In this document: piece by piece, positions 53,694-64,000 of the stretch
Layout: the number at the start of each line of letters is the position of its first letter
Numbering within the stretch: the stretch's first letter is position 1
Assembly (NCBI GenBank): GCA_965205015.1
Contig: OZ242029.1
Location: 1,280,001 to 1,344,000 of the forward strand
DNA length: 64,000 nt
Source of the DNA: Candidatus Poribacteria bacterium
GTDB lineage: Bacteria; Poribacteria; WGA-4E; WGA-3G
Direction: 5' to 3'
Translations under genes and position numbers: made by a program
Notes under the pieces: model-generated
What the model was told of the DNA's origin: nothing
Databases searched by the model: none
What the model saw: the letters and a program-made list of their open reading frames with translations, nothing else

Positions 53694-55096
53694 CTTTGCG
53701 CCTTCGTGATGTTGGTGTCAAAGGGTTCCTTCATCTCAAAATACTCTGTATGTCCCGCATATATTTGATGCCAATCGACGATACAAGGCATCCTGTATTG
53801 GGTGAGGGTCCGCATGAGGAATGCTCGGACTTTGGCACGGGTATCTTGGGGTGCGTTGTCAATAGCGTGCTGAATGTGTTCATCGGTGACAACGCGCTGC
53901 ATTTGTCCCTGCTCCTCCAGTGCGTAGTAGAGTCCGCTTTCGGTATGGATGTTATGATATTCTAAATCTTGACTTTTAATCCAAGGGTCTTCCCAATCCA
54001 ATTTTTCTTCATCAATGAAAGCTTCAAGGAGCCATTTCTTTGCCGCCCAATCGACGCGATCGATAACATTTAGCCAATCATCTTCGAGCTCATTAAGGAT
54101 AGACTCCCATGCCGCAAGCACCCATTCGGTTTCCTCGTCACGATCGGTAACCAAAGCCTGAACGAAGTTAAGATACTCTCTCTGTAAATCAACGGCAGAG
54201 ATCGTTTTTCCGGATTTCAGTTCGACGCGCCAGGTGAAGGTATTATCGCGTGAGATGTGTCGAATCGCGTAGACGGGATCGGCGAGTTCAAAACCCGGGA
54301 GCGGCAATTTTTCGCCATGCATCTCGTAGAATATTTCAATAGCAGAGAGCAAAAGTGCAGTCGTGCCGACCTTCAGGGCGGTTGCGTACTCTGACATATT
54401 GGAATCCCCAACGAGAAGATGGAGACGCCGATATTTCGTATAATCACTGAGGGGTTCGTCTCGTGTATTGATGATGGCGCGACTGAACTGGATCCATTCG
54501 TATATTTCAGTAACGATGTGATCAGCGCGCTGCGAGATTTGATAGTATTGTTGCTCAGCAAGTTCGTCGTGAAAATCGCCGAATTCAATCATTTCATCAT
54601 ACGCCCCCACTCTGCCCGCCCCTGCATAAATCTGGCGTGTAACGAAGAAGGGCATCAGTGTCGGGATAACAACACGGTAAAAGGGAACGTCTCGACTGAT
54701 TTGGAAGTTTTCGTGACATCCAAAGGTTGCACCTGTAAAATGATCGATATTATTTTTGAAAAATGCCGTAGGTAACCCTGTATCTGTAAGGATATTGTTG
54801 ATAACCTGTTCAATGGCTTTGTCGTAAGCGATAAGGTCAAAAAGCGTACCGCATTCGGGTGTAGCGTACTCCAGATGCCCCATATCAATGTAGAGACGTC
54901 CTCCATTGTACAGGAACCCACCGTTGCCCGGAGGTTCACCCCAGTCTCGGTAGTGAATATCCCGAAGCCCGAGTTCCAACACATCGAAAACATAATCCCG
55001 TACGCGTGCCGCAACACCCTCAGAGGTGCCACGAATCCGTTCGGCATCCGTCATGCATCCGAATTCAGTTTCGATCCCAAAAATTCTTTTTTTCAT
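53654..55096 (-). CDS. pafA: Pup/UBact ligase homolog
   Basis: IFGIETEFG, NGGRLYIDMGHLEYATPEC, GCHENF, INTRDEP, DLEYH; last gene of the operon. Confidence 0.88.
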   Translation of the reverse strand: MKKRIFGIETEFGCMTDAERIRGTSEGVAARVRDYVFDVLELGLRDIHYRDWGEPPGNGGFLYNGGRLYIDMGHLEYATPECGTLFDLIAYDKAIEQVINNILTDTGLPTAFFKNNIDHFTGATFGCHENFQISRDVPFYRVVIPTLMPFFVTRQIYAGAGRVGAYDEMIEFGDFHDELAEQQYYQISQRADHIVTEIYEWIQFSRAIINTRDEPLSDYTKYRRLHLLVGDSNMSEYATALKVGTTALLLSAIEIFYEMHGEKLPLPGFELADPVYAIRHISRDNTFTWRVELKSGKTISAVDLQREYLNFVQALVTDRDEETEWVLAAWESILNELEDDWLNVIDRVDWAAKKWLLEAFIDEEKLDWEDPWIKSQDLEYHNIHTESGLYYALEEQGQMQRVVTDEHIQHAIDNAPQDTRAKVRAFLMRTLTQYRMPCIVDWHQIYAGHTEYFEMKEPFDTNITKAQRWMKRLRKRPPRT

Positions 55097-55120
55097 TTTT
55101 AATTTTACTTTAAAGGGAAA

Positions 55121-55891
55121 TTATGGGAGTGCGGTTTCAATTTCTTGAGAAGTCAGCAGACGAAATTTACTCGTACCGCGCTGCGCAGTTTCCAAAACCC
55201 CTGCCTCAATTTCACCGTCTTCCCGTGCAAGATTAATAATTTCGTGCATTTGGGCAGTATCTATCTGGGTCTCCTCCGATTCAGCCTCCTCGGGTTCCCG
55301 GGAACTCAATTCTCTACCCACTGCCCACGCTTCTAAACCCAACTGGAGTGCAGCGGTTAAATCTCTGTCGGTATCTGCAGAAGCAGTCGTGAGATAGTTT
55401 TGCATTCCCGTCTCGATTGCCTCTGTACCACCGATAACGGTAGCGGTTGTGTCTGTTCGGACATTCCCGTCGTAGTTGATACAGGTAAAACGGTTTTTAT
55501 CATCCGTGCTGCCGAGTTCAGCGAGCAACATTTTAATGATATATGCTTCACCGACAATCGACTCAAACGCTTGTTTAAAAGTATGTGCCAAGACAAAGTT
55601 CGTGAGTCGGTGTAGGTTCACGTCCTCGGTGGCATTTTGAAAACCTTGGACGCTGGCGGTGTCGGTAACAAGCATTCGGAGGCGTTCAATATCGGCAGGG
55701 TGCCCGATTGCGGAGAGTGCGATTCGGTCATGCACCTCAAAAATTTTGCGTTGTCCTCTACCAATGGTAAGCAGGACCATACCCTCGTTATAGGTAAGTC
55801 CTACAACGGGACTCCCAGCGCGGAGTTGGTCTTCAATGTAATCTCGTCGGTCCTGGATGGCTTCTATCCAGCGATACGGTTCATCTCGCAT
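55121..55891 (-). CDS. prcA: 20S proteasome alpha subunit
   Basis: KIFEVHDRI..SAIG..AD.E.LR; lies between prcB and pafA. Confidence 0.85.
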   Translation of the reverse strand: MRDEPYRWIEAIQDRRDYIEDQLRAGSPVVGLTYNEGMVLLTIGRGQRKIFEVHDRIALSAIGHPADIERLRMLVTDTASVQGFQNATEDVNLHRLTNFVLAHTFKQAFESIVGEAYIIKMLLAELGSTDDKNRFTCINYDGNVRTDTTATVIGGTEAIETGMQNYLTTASADTDRDLTAALQLGLEAWAVGRELSSREPEEAESEETQIDTAQMHEIINLAREDGEIEAGVLETAQRGTSKFRLLTSQEIETALP

Positions 55892-56026
55892 ATTTTAATT
55901 TTTCCTTGCGGTTCGATCAGGGGCGTTTGAATGATGACATGCGCTCCCGTATATCCGTCCTCCACTACGTTACGGACTACGCTAAAAGAACGGCACCAAA
56001 GTTTTCACAAGCAGCCTCGCTTCAAG

Positions 56027-56881
56027 TTATGCTTGCTCTGGTTGTGCTTCAGCGTAACATGCCTCCAAGTCATCATCGGAAATATTTTCAACGCCGGTGC
56101 GTGTTACAGTCTTGAGATTTGGAAAAATTTGTGCTCTTGCGTTGTAACCGCTTGTGGCGGCATCGTACTCGCTTGCTGTGTCCAAGAGGCGTAAGATCGT
56201 GATGGTCGCCTGACGCTCATCCATCTCTTTCAAGGGTGTATCACCGAACCGAGAGAGATAACGTAACACGCCGCGGATCCAGATGGAGCCGGAACCGGTC
56301 GTGGCAAAATTGACGTTTTCAAAGTGTGCCCCGAGTGCGTCATAGAAAAAAATTTTTCCGCCATTCTCATCATCAGCGGCATTCAAATCGTAGAGGGCAA
56401 AGATCGGGATAACACCTCCAATGCCTTGAAGTGCCATCGGCAGATTTTCTCGGATGAGCCGCGAGAGCATCCGGAGCTTGCCTTCAAGACTCAACTCTTG
56501 GAGCTGGCTGCGGCGAAAGTATTGAAACGAGTGCTCCAGTATTCTGGCGATCTCATAAGCGATTGCGGGTGACCCTGAAATTGCGAGCACAGAATGCCTA
56601 TCGATCTGCAAAACCTTCTCTGCCCGATCATAGATGACAGAAGTGCCAGCGGTAGCACGCCGGTCCCCTGCGATCATAACGCCATCTCGGTAACGAACAG
56701 CGACAACAGTCGTACTATGTGCTATCTCAATGTCAACACCGTGCCGTGTCGTTTCCGCGGGCACATCTATCTTCAAGGGATAGTTTGCGTGCTTTAAGAG
56801 GTTGAGGAAGTCACCTTTATGGTTGATGCTTTCCTGTAGCCGCGCGTCCATTCGATTCAGAAAATTGCCGTTATCGCTCAT
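56027..56881 (-). CDS. prcB: 20S proteasome beta subunit
   Basis: propeptide then HS/TTVVAVRY.DGV..AGDRRAT, TGSGS. Confidence 0.9.
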   Translation of the reverse strand: MSDNGNFLNRMDARLQESINHKGDFLNLLKHANYPLKIDVPAETTRHGVDIEIAHSTTVVAVRYRDGVMIAGDRRATAGTSVIYDRAEKVLQIDRHSVLAISGSPAIAYEIARILEHSFQYFRRSQLQELSLEGKLRMLSRLIRENLPMALQGIGGVIPIFALYDLNAADDENGGKIFFYDALGAHFENVNFATTGSGSIWIRGVLRYLSRFGDTPLKEMDERQATITILRLLDTASEYDAATSGYNARAQIFPNLKTVTRTGVENISDDDLEACYAEAQPEQA

Positions 56882-57078
56882 TACTCACCCGTTCTTTGGC
56901 GGTAACGTCTGGACTGATCTTTGTCAACCCGACGCATCCGTTTGAGGAGTTCTTGTGTATCGGGCCGACTGACTTTCTGTCGTTTGGGTCCCTCGTTATC
57001 GCCATCACCATCACCGGGTCCGATGGGTTTGGTGTCTCTTTGCTTCCGTTCGAGTTGAGCAATCATCTTGGCTGTCAT
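56881..57078 (-). CDS. ubact: ubiquitin-like modifier UBact (65 aa)
   Basis: LLKRMRRVD..Q..RYRQRTGE C-terminus at the pup position between dop and prcB; RBS AGGAG. Confidence 0.88.
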   Translation of the reverse strand: MTAKMIAQLERKQRDTKPIGPGDGDGDNEGPKRQKVSRPDTQELLKRMRRVDKDQSRRYRQRTGE

Positions 57079-57094
57079 TTTATGTCTCCTTTTT

Positions 57095-58621
57095 TTATCG
57101 ATGCAATTTTTCAATGAGCGTCTCAACGTTTGGGGATTGATCGAGTACCTCGTTATATTGACGTGCGATCGCTGCATCGGCGAGGGCATTTAGACTGACT
57201 TCGCGGGTGCGTCCGTTTACCGTGAAAGTAATACTATCCCACTGGATAGCCTTTATGGCACTGCTGAATCGATCTACAGCGCGTCCGCGGAAGTATGCCC
57301 GTGTGTCGGCAGGTGGATTATGGAGCGCGGCATCAATCTGTTCATCCGTAACGAGGCGCCGCATCGGAATCCCATAGTATAGTCCTTCATCGAGAGCGAT
57401 GTTGTGATATTCTAAATCCAAGCTTTGGAGCCATGGGTCATCCCAGGCGACTCCCTCTTCCTCAGCAAACGTTTCAAGCAGCCATTTCTTGGCGACCCAA
57501 TCCAGTCGATCCGTGAGTGACATTGGGTCCCCCTCAAGTGCGTTGAGGGTATCTTCCCACTCGGTGAGCACCCAGTCCGTTTCAGGTAGGAACGCGGTAC
57601 CCTCGCTATTCGCGAGATGCTTCTGTGCGAGGGCAAGATACTCCCGTTGATGGTCAACGGCGGACATTGTTTTCCCTTCTGCCGTCGTTACTATCCAACG
57701 ATACGTCTGGTCATGCGATACAGTTTTGATGGTATCAATCGGGTTAACGAGTGCTAACTCCGCTGGAACCCTCCGCTGTTCAATCAAAGTAATCACGAGT
57801 GCTGTCGTGCCGACTTTGAGTGCCGTTGCGTATTCGGACATATTTGCATCTCCGGCGATGCCGTGCAACCTACGATATTTCGAGGCATCCGCATGCGGTT
57901 CATCTCGCGTGTTGACGATAGGTCGGTTATGCATCGTATCCACACTCGCCTCGACGTGAAAGAAATCGGACCGTTGCGATAACTGGTAGTGTCCTGGTGT
58001 GGCGAGCCCGGCTTCCGTTTCAATCCCGATCTTTCCTGCCCCTGCGAAGATTTGGCGTGTGATAAAGAACGGCATGATACCTTGCTTGAGCGTTTCAAAC
58101 GGCACTTCGCGTGCCATCAAGTAGTTATCGTGGCACCCGTAACTATGCCCATGGAAATCGGTATTATTCTTGTATAAAAGCACCCGTTTTCCGAGTTTCT
58201 GACTGCGTGTTTCGGCACACCGTTGAAGGATGCGTTCGCCGGCTTTATCATGTGCGACGAGGTCAAAGAGACTCTTGCATTCAGGCGTTGAATACTCCGG
58301 ATGTGCGTGGTCGTTGTAGAGTCGCGCCCCATTGGCGAGAATATGATCGCTTTTGATTTCAGCGAAAGAGAGTCGCTCTTTCGTATTGCGTTTCCGGTCG
58401 CGTTCCTCCTCCTCCTTCTCATCAGGATGATTAGAAAGGGTGTTTGCCCGAAAGCCGCGTTCATCTCGAAACGGATCCTCACCGCGGTAGTCCCACACGG
58501 GTCGAAAATCTGCTTGTCGATAACTTTTTATGAGCTCAATAGACTGCTTGACGGCATCAAGGTGCGCTTCGTTTTCGAGTGTTATTCCGTATTCAGTTTC
58601 GATTCCAAAAAGTCTTTCCAT
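57095..58621 (-). CDS. dop: Dop depupylase/deamidase homolog
   Basis: LFGIETEYG, NGARLYNDHAHPEYSTPEC, YKNN.D..G.SYGCH; start taken at MERLFG. Confidence 0.88.
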   Translation of the reverse strand: MERLFGIETEYGITLENEAHLDAVKQSIELIKSYRQADFRPVWDYRGEDPFRDERGFRANTLSNHPDEKEEEERDRKRNTKERLSFAEIKSDHILANGARLYNDHAHPEYSTPECKSLFDLVAHDKAGERILQRCAETRSQKLGKRVLLYKNNTDFHGHSYGCHDNYLMAREVPFETLKQGIMPFFITRQIFAGAGKIGIETEAGLATPGHYQLSQRSDFFHVEASVDTMHNRPIVNTRDEPHADASKYRRLHGIAGDANMSEYATALKVGTTALVITLIEQRRVPAELALVNPIDTIKTVSHDQTYRWIVTTAEGKTMSAVDHQREYLALAQKHLANSEGTAFLPETDWVLTEWEDTLNALEGDPMSLTDRLDWVAKKWLLETFAEEEGVAWDDPWLQSLDLEYHNIALDEGLYYGIPMRRLVTDEQIDAALHNPPADTRAYFRGRAVDRFSSAIKAIQWDSITFTVNGRTREVSLNALADAAIARQYNEVLDQSPNVETLIEKLHR

Positions 58622-58630
58622 TTTTTTAAA

Positions 58631-58720
58631 GCCATCAGCCATCAGCGGTTCGCCATCAGCAAAGCGGTAAGCGTATCAGAAATACGCTTCTCTTTGCTGA
58701 CAGCCGATAACCGATCGCCA
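58631..58720. repeat. heptamer-arm palindromic element between arc and dop
   Basis: GCCATCAGCCATCAGC..ATCAGCAAAG / CTTTGCTGACAGCCGATAACCGAT. Confidence 0.65.
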
Positions 58721-58723
58721 TTC

Positions 58724-60544
58724 CTAAATGACGCGTGATCCGGAGGCTCTGCGTCGCTCCTGTTTTTCAGCCTGAATAGGCGTAACTTTGACAACGTTTG
58801 CTGGATCGTAATCCAGGAGTTTAAGCCAGTCCTCAGTCGCCTCAGTCGGTGGGAAGATTTCGCTTTCGCCATACTCCGCGGCGAGTGCGTCGAACAGGTC
58901 CGCGCGCGTGATACCACTTTCCTTCTCTGGATTCTGAATCGCACGTTTGAGTGCGGATTCCTTCGCCCGCTGCACAATTGACTCAATAATTGCCCCGCTG
59001 CAGAGATGTCCCTTATAGAGGATATCGCGTCTGCCACTCCTGAGAGACACTTCAAGGAATCGGTTGTCTTCGTCTTCACGGAACATCTCATCAACGACCT
59101 GTGCGATAAGATCCGCAACGGCTTTCTCAGCCGGGATCACTTCGGGGGGTGTTTCACCTTCTCCTGTTTCGGTATCGTTCCCGTCATCAAGGAGCGAAGC
59201 GATGGGGAGTTCAGGGGTGAGATAGATACGGAAGATATCCTTCGCAGCCTCTGCCTTTGGACGCGTTACTTTAATTTTTCTATCAATGCGCCCTGGACGT
59301 AAAATGGCAGGGTCAATCAGGTCAGGACGGTTTGTTGCCAAGATAATGACGACATCCTGCAGAGATTCAATACCGTCCATCTCAGCACAAAACATCGGGA
59401 CCAGTGTGTTCGAGATACTGTGGGATCTGAGTGCGCGGCGCGTCCCCAATATTGACTCCGCTTCATCGATAAAGACGAACGCCAGTTTTCCATCTTCTTT
59501 TTTCTCACGGGCAATCTGAAAAATTTCTCGTACCTTCCGTTCAGATTCACCGAGCCACATGTTGAGAATTTCAGGTCCCTTGATATGTAGGAAACACCCT
59601 TCGACATCCTCACCGCTTTCCCGTCGGAGTCGCTGCGTTAAGTTGTAAGCGGTCGCTTTCCCAATGAGTGTTTTCCCACATCCTGGAGGCCCATGGAGCA
59701 GGAACCCTTTCGGTGCACTATACTGGAACCGTTCAAAAAGTTCAGGGTGCAGGATCGGAAGTTCAATCGTATCCTTAATGCGTTGGATCGTATCGTCAAG
59801 TCCGCCGACCTTTGACCACGGTATATTCGGCACAGCCTCAAGGGCGTACGCGTCTGTCTCTTTCGCGGCGATATGTTCAAGGGCGACACGGAAGTTGGCG
59901 TCAATCCGAACCTCATCCCCGGGCTTGAGTTTCGCATCGACGAGGTCTGTGGAGCGTTCAAGAATAACCGTTTGTGCGTTCGGTTCTTGACCGATACGGA
60001 GCCGTCCATCTGGCATGACATCGGCTATCTTCGCGATAGGTCCCGCATCGTTGTATCCGAGTTCGCCGACAACGACAAAAGCGTCGTTCAACAGGATGCT
60101 GAACCCCTTTTTAAGGTTGGGCGCTTCGAGCTCCGGATCAATGTTCGCATAGTATTCGGAGCCACCGACGATGACGCGGGCGATATCCTCTTTGGGCAAT
60201 CCGAGTAAGGTTCCGATCCGATTCGCGGGTGCGGTGAGCTTCTCAATCTGCTCCTCCATCTCCGCGTGGATACGGACGGCTTCCTGCTGAATCGCGCGGA
60301 GCCTCTCCTGAAATTCGCCTTCGTCGTTGAGAATAGAGCGACGGAGTTCCATGAGCCAGCGACGGCGCCGGTCATCTACCGGGGTATCGGCAATAATGTG
60401 GTGAATTAACTGTAACGAATAGCCGGAACCCATTGCGTCCTCTTCGGGCGAGAGTTCCTCTTCAAGTTCCTCGTCATCTTCAATAAACAGGTCGTTCCCA
60501 TCGGGACCTGGACCAGTAGTTTTACGATTCTTCTTATCGTACAT
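58724..60544 (-). CDS. arc: proteasome AAA ATPase (ARC/Mpa)
   Basis: coiled coil + OB region, GPPGCGKTLI, IKGPEILN, FIDEAES, ATNRPDLIDPAILRPGRID. Confidence 0.9.
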   Translation of the reverse strand: MYDKKNRKTTGPGPDGNDLFIEDDEELEEELSPEEDAMGSGYSLQLIHHIIADTPVDDRRRRWLMELRRSILNDEGEFQERLRAIQQEAVRIHAEMEEQIEKLTAPANRIGTLLGLPKEDIARVIVGGSEYYANIDPELEAPNLKKGFSILLNDAFVVVGELGYNDAGPIAKIADVMPDGRLRIGQEPNAQTVILERSTDLVDAKLKPGDEVRIDANFRVALEHIAAKETDAYALEAVPNIPWSKVGGLDDTIQRIKDTIELPILHPELFERFQYSAPKGFLLHGPPGCGKTLIGKATAYNLTQRLRRESGEDVEGCFLHIKGPEILNMWLGESERKVREIFQIAREKKEDGKLAFVFIDEAESILGTRRALRSHSISNTLVPMFCAEMDGIESLQDVVIILATNRPDLIDPAILRPGRIDRKIKVTRPKAEAAKDIFRIYLTPELPIASLLDDGNDTETGEGETPPEVIPAEKAVADLIAQVVDEMFREDEDNRFLEVSLRSGRRDILYKGHLCSGAIIESIVQRAKESALKRAIQNPEKESGITRADLFDALAAEYGESEIFPPTEATEDWLKLLDYDPANVVKVTPIQAEKQERRRASGSRVI

Positions 60545-60819
60545 TTGAACGTCTCCTCAGACAGCAGCGGATGACTTTACGATAGAGTTTACCACATTTC
60601 CCACAATTTTACGAATATTTATTTAGAACCTGCTCAAATTGGGAAATACCGTGATAATTTGCAATAGTTTAGCACAATTTGCAACACGGATGCAACAAAA
60701 AAACAAGTTTGAAGGGAATTTCGAGGAAAGGTAGCGTAATTTGGGAAAATCGGAGGATAGAACAGAAGCACTTTGATAACGGAAAACCAACGCAATGATC
60801 TTGAAGATAACCAACGATT

Positions 60820-62181
60820 GTCACTTACCCCCATTTTTTTTCGAGAGTAGATTGTAGTTGATGTAGTCAGGTTTTTCTGTGAGAAAGTCAGTCAGTGAGT
60901 GGGTCCGAAAAGTGGATCCCCTCTGGCACCTATCTCGGTGAAAAAGGAGATAAGAAAGTGTTGGTTCCATAAGTCGGTGAGCACGCGTTTGATAATAGTA
61001 ATAACAGAAAAAGTTTTTCTGTTATTACTATTATATGCCCTCTGCCAATGCGTAGAGGCGACCTTCTCGTAACTGATAAACAGCAATCCATAAGCGAGGC
61101 AGGCACATAACCAAAGGACCTCCAGACGCGCTTGTGTCGGTTTTTTCAAGACGAGTTTACCAAATCCGAAGCACGACTTTATATCTCGAAACCCGTGTTC
61201 AATCTGCATGCGGCGTTTGTAGCAGTGATGTATCTGATGTCCACTGAGGCGATTGGAGATAAGATACATCGGGTCTTTGAAGGTCTCATCTCTGAGGATA
61301 TAGAGTTGAAGCGGTATCTGCTCCTGCGCCTGATAAAGGATATGCCGATACCAGCCCGCTTCGAGGTCATCAAGTTTCTTCAGACTCCCATCATGCCGGA
61401 TACCGACATTTCTCGCAACACGCATCACGAACGGGATATCCCGTGCCTTGAGAAACTTGATGACGTATCGCGCACGCCCAAAACCACGGTCAAACACCAG
61501 AACAGGTCGTTGTTGATGCCGCGACACCACCCCTAAAGCCTCTTGATAAACATGGACACAGAAGTATTGGATAATCTCATTATGACTCTTATAGATACCC
61601 TCGTGAAGCTGGTGATCGCTATAGATGAACCAAAAGACAGGGATCGCACGATGCCGAAACGGGATCGAAACAACAAGGGCTTTCCACCCGGCAATCAGAG
61701 ACGTCTCATCAACGAGCAAATACAGATGAGCACCCGCATCCTTGAAAAACCAACCCACAACCGACACGAACCACGCTTCTTTGAGCGCATCAATCGGCAG
61801 TGGGGTGTCAAGGAAACGCAGAAACCTTTTCTGTTTCGACTTCTCCCGCTTGACGACGAGCGACAAACGCGACGCAACTTCATTGATCCGAAACGTCGGG
61901 GCAACACTGATCGCTATCAAGACCAATACCAGATTCCGAAAAACCGGTTTTTTCATACCAACAGACTTGAAGATTTCTCCAAAACGTGTTATCATCGTTT
62001 CTGGATTTACCCGTTTTGGGTATCTCTTTTTCATAAAATACCTCCTTACATGTTTTGTAAAATGCGTTTACAAACAGTTGCTGTAAGGAGGTATTTTATC
62101 ATAAACCCACTGAGTTTCTCACACTTTTTACAACTAAAACCTTTCACCACAAACCTTCAGAAAAAAATGGGGGTAAGTGAC
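60820..62181 (-). mobile_element. insertion sequence, copy 2 (1362 bp)
   Basis: same TIRs as copy 1; 9-bp TSD CCAACGATT at 60811-60819 and 62182-62190. Confidence 0.92.
60892..62034 (-). CDS. DDE transposase, identical to 40481..41623
   Basis: identical 380-aa translation. Confidence 0.92.
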   Translation of the reverse strand: MKKRYPKRVNPETMITRFGEIFKSVGMKKPVFRNLVLVLIAISVAPTFRINEVASRLSLVVKREKSKQKRFLRFLDTPLPIDALKEAWFVSVVGWFFKDAGAHLYLLVDETSLIAGWKALVVSIPFRHRAIPVFWFIYSDHQLHEGIYKSHNEIIQYFCVHVYQEALGVVSRHQQRPVLVFDRGFGRARYVIKFLKARDIPFVMRVARNVGIRHDGSLKKLDDLEAGWYRHILYQAQEQIPLQLYILRDETFKDPMYLISNRLSGHQIHHCYKRRMQIEHGFRDIKSCFGFGKLVLKKPTQARLEVLWLCACLAYGLLFISYEKVASTHWQRAYNSNNRKTFSVITIIKRVLTDLWNQHFLISFFTEIGARGDPLFGPTH

Positions 62182-62253
62182 CCAACGATTAACTTGACTT
62201 CTGCCAACCCGTATGTTAGGATAGGGGCAAAATAACAGCAGGAGAAACACTAT

Positions 62254-64000
62254 ATGACACTGATATCCCTGTTAGAACATTCAATCCAGCACTACGGCAG
62301 TCAACCGGCATTGGCATACAAACCGAAAGGTGGCACCTATCAAGATATCTCTTACACTGAACTTGGCGAATCGGTGGACGCCTTTCGTAAAGGGTTAACT
62401 GCCTTAGGGGTGCAAAAGAACGATCGGGTCGCGCTTCTCTCTGAGAACCGTCCCGAATGGGCAATCACGGATTTTGGTAGCCTCAAAGCCGGTGCGGTAA
62501 CCGTACCGATGTTCTCAACGCTAACGGCGGCACAGGTCGGTTATATCCTAAAGGATTCGGGATCGAAAATTATCTGCGTCTCCACGGACAGGCAGTTGGA
62601 GAAGGTACTGGCTATCCGAGACGAAATGCCGACGCTTGAACAGATAATTGTCTTTGATCCGATTGAAGGTGAACTCCCAGCGGGCGTTATCCAATTTGAG
62701 GCAGTCTGTGAATTGGAAGGACAGGAAACAGAAACCGCCGCGAGTGAAGACGACATCGCAACGATTATCTACACTTCGGGAACGACGGGAGATCCGAAGG
62801 GTGTTATGCTGACCCATGCGAATTTCATTTCAAATTTGCAGGCGTGTAAATCGCTGATCGATGTCAGTGATGCAGACGTGCTGTTGTCGTTCCTGCCGTT
62901 ATCACATGTGTTTGAACGGCTCGGTGGGCATTATGTGCCGTTGTTCTCCGGTGCGAAGGTGGCTTATGCGGAGAGCACGTTCACGGTTGCACAGAATATG
63001 CGGGAGGTCGCTCCGACGGTGATGCTCAGTGTGCCGAGACTCTACGAAACCATGCATGACAGAATCCTGCGTGCCGTTCAAGAAGGCTCACCACTCAAAC
63101 AGAAGATTTTCCATTGGGGGGTCTCCGTCGGTTCATCCGTGAGTTCAGCGATTCAAAAAGGGAAAAAACCGTCTGCGATTTTGCAATTACAGCAGAACAT
63201 CGCCGATAAACTGGTCTTCGCGAAACTGAAAGCGGCAACGGGGGGTCGACTCCGCTTTTTCGTCTCTGGTGGTGCCGCATTACCCCAATCGATTGCCGAA
63301 TTTTTCCACGCCGCGGGGATACTGATTTTGGAGGGATACGGTCTAACGGAAACCTCACCCGTCATTAGCATGAACCATCCGGCACAATGGAAGTTTGGCA
63401 CTGTTGGCGTGCCTGTCCCCGGGGTGGAGGTGCACATTGCTGAAGATGGAGAGATTTTAACCCGCGGTCCACACGTTATGAAGGGCTACTTTAACAACGA
63501 ATCGGCGACTGCAGAGGTTATTGATGACGAGGGTTGGTTTCACACGGGCGACATCGGTATCATTGATGCGGATGGGTTCGTTAAGATTACCGATCGGAAG
63601 AAGAATATTATTGTGCTTTCCAACGGTAAGAACGTTGCCCCGCAACCGATAGAGAGCGCGTTGGTGCAAAGTCCGTTTATTGACCAGATTATGTTGGTGG
63701 GCAATGAACGGAAAAATCTCGCTGCACTGATCGTTCCGAATTTCGACGCACTCAAGGCGTGGGCAGCGGAGAATAACGTCGCGACGGGAAGGACGGACGG
63801 GGGGACCCCGCCCCTACATGAGGCGCGCGAGGTGCAACAACTGATTCAAGGTGAGATCCGGAGCGGTTTAACCGATTTCGCCGACTTTGAACAGGTACGA
63901 CGGTTCACGCTGCTCGACAAGGAATTTTCTCAAGAAGCGGATGAGATGACACCCACGCTGAAGTTGAAACGGAATGTTATTATGGAGCGATACGGAGATA
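62254..64000 (+). CDS. fadD: long-chain fatty acid-CoA ligase (runs off the window end)
   Basis: read directly from sequence: MTLISLLEH..., YTSGTTGDPKGVMLTH, EGYGLTETSP, GWFHTGDIG, ITDRKK; RBS AGGAG. Confidence 0.9.
   Translation, partial: MTLISLLEHSIQHYGSQPALAYKPKGGTYQDISYTELGESVDAFRKGLTALGVQKNDRVALLSENRPEWAITDFGSLKAGAVTVPMFSTLTAAQVGYILKDSGSKIICVSTDRQLEKVLAIRDEMPTLEQIIVFDPIEGELPAGVIQFEAVCELEGQETETAASEDDIATIIYTSGTTGDPKGVMLTHANFISNLQACKSLIDVSDADVLLSFLPLSHVFERLGGHYVPLFSGAKVAYAESTFTVAQNMREVAPTVMLSVPRLYETMHDRILRAVQEGSPLKQKIFHWGVSVGSSVSSAIQKGKKPSAILQLQQNIADKLVFAKLKAATGGRLRFFVSGGAALPQSIAEFFHAAGILILEGYGLTETSPVISMNHPAQWKFGTVGVPVPGVEVHIAEDGEILTRGPHVMKGYFNNESATAEVIDDEGWFHTGDIGIIDADGFVKITDRKKNIIVLSNGKNVAPQPIESALVQSPFIDQIMLVGNERKNLAALIVPNFDALKAWAAENNVATGRTDGGTPPLHEAREVQQLIQGEIRSGLTDFADFEQVRRFTLLDKEFSQEADEMTPTLKLKRNVIMERYGD

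Overview
Bacterial chromosomal segment, most likely Candidatus Poribacteria (inferred from the UBact operon, PhyH/LamG genes, a recurring C-terminal V[DE]PxxxLxxTW[GA]x[LI]K motif and a 16S with several universal-primer mismatches). It carries housekeeping genes (rpsT, rsmB, thiE, thiD, murJ, hisF, a class IV aminotransferase, ileS, purB, partial fadD), a PIN-type toxin-antitoxin pair, three tandem pairs of ABC-2-type permeases with no ATPase, a coxMSL-like molybdoenzyme operon, several secreted proteins and lipoproteins, two apparently identical 1362-bp IS copies, and a complete arc-dop-UBact-prcB-prcA-pafA operon. The rRNA operon is split: 16S + tRNA-Ile at 18-20 kb and tRNA-Ala + 23S + 5S at 49-53 kb, each with its own promoters. 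The strongest signal missing from the ORF track is upstream of ileS: an Ile-rich leader peptide (7 Ile in 9 codons) with alternative terminator/antiterminator pairing, i.e. a predicted ribosome-mediated attenuator, in front of a type 2 IleRS with a non-canonical GVHH motif. Other notable items are a degenerate tRNA-like element in the 23S leader, two families of palindromic repeats that enter genes in frame, and a shared GDIPEV repeat domain in two lipoproteins. Family assignments come from motif recognition only; no searches were run.
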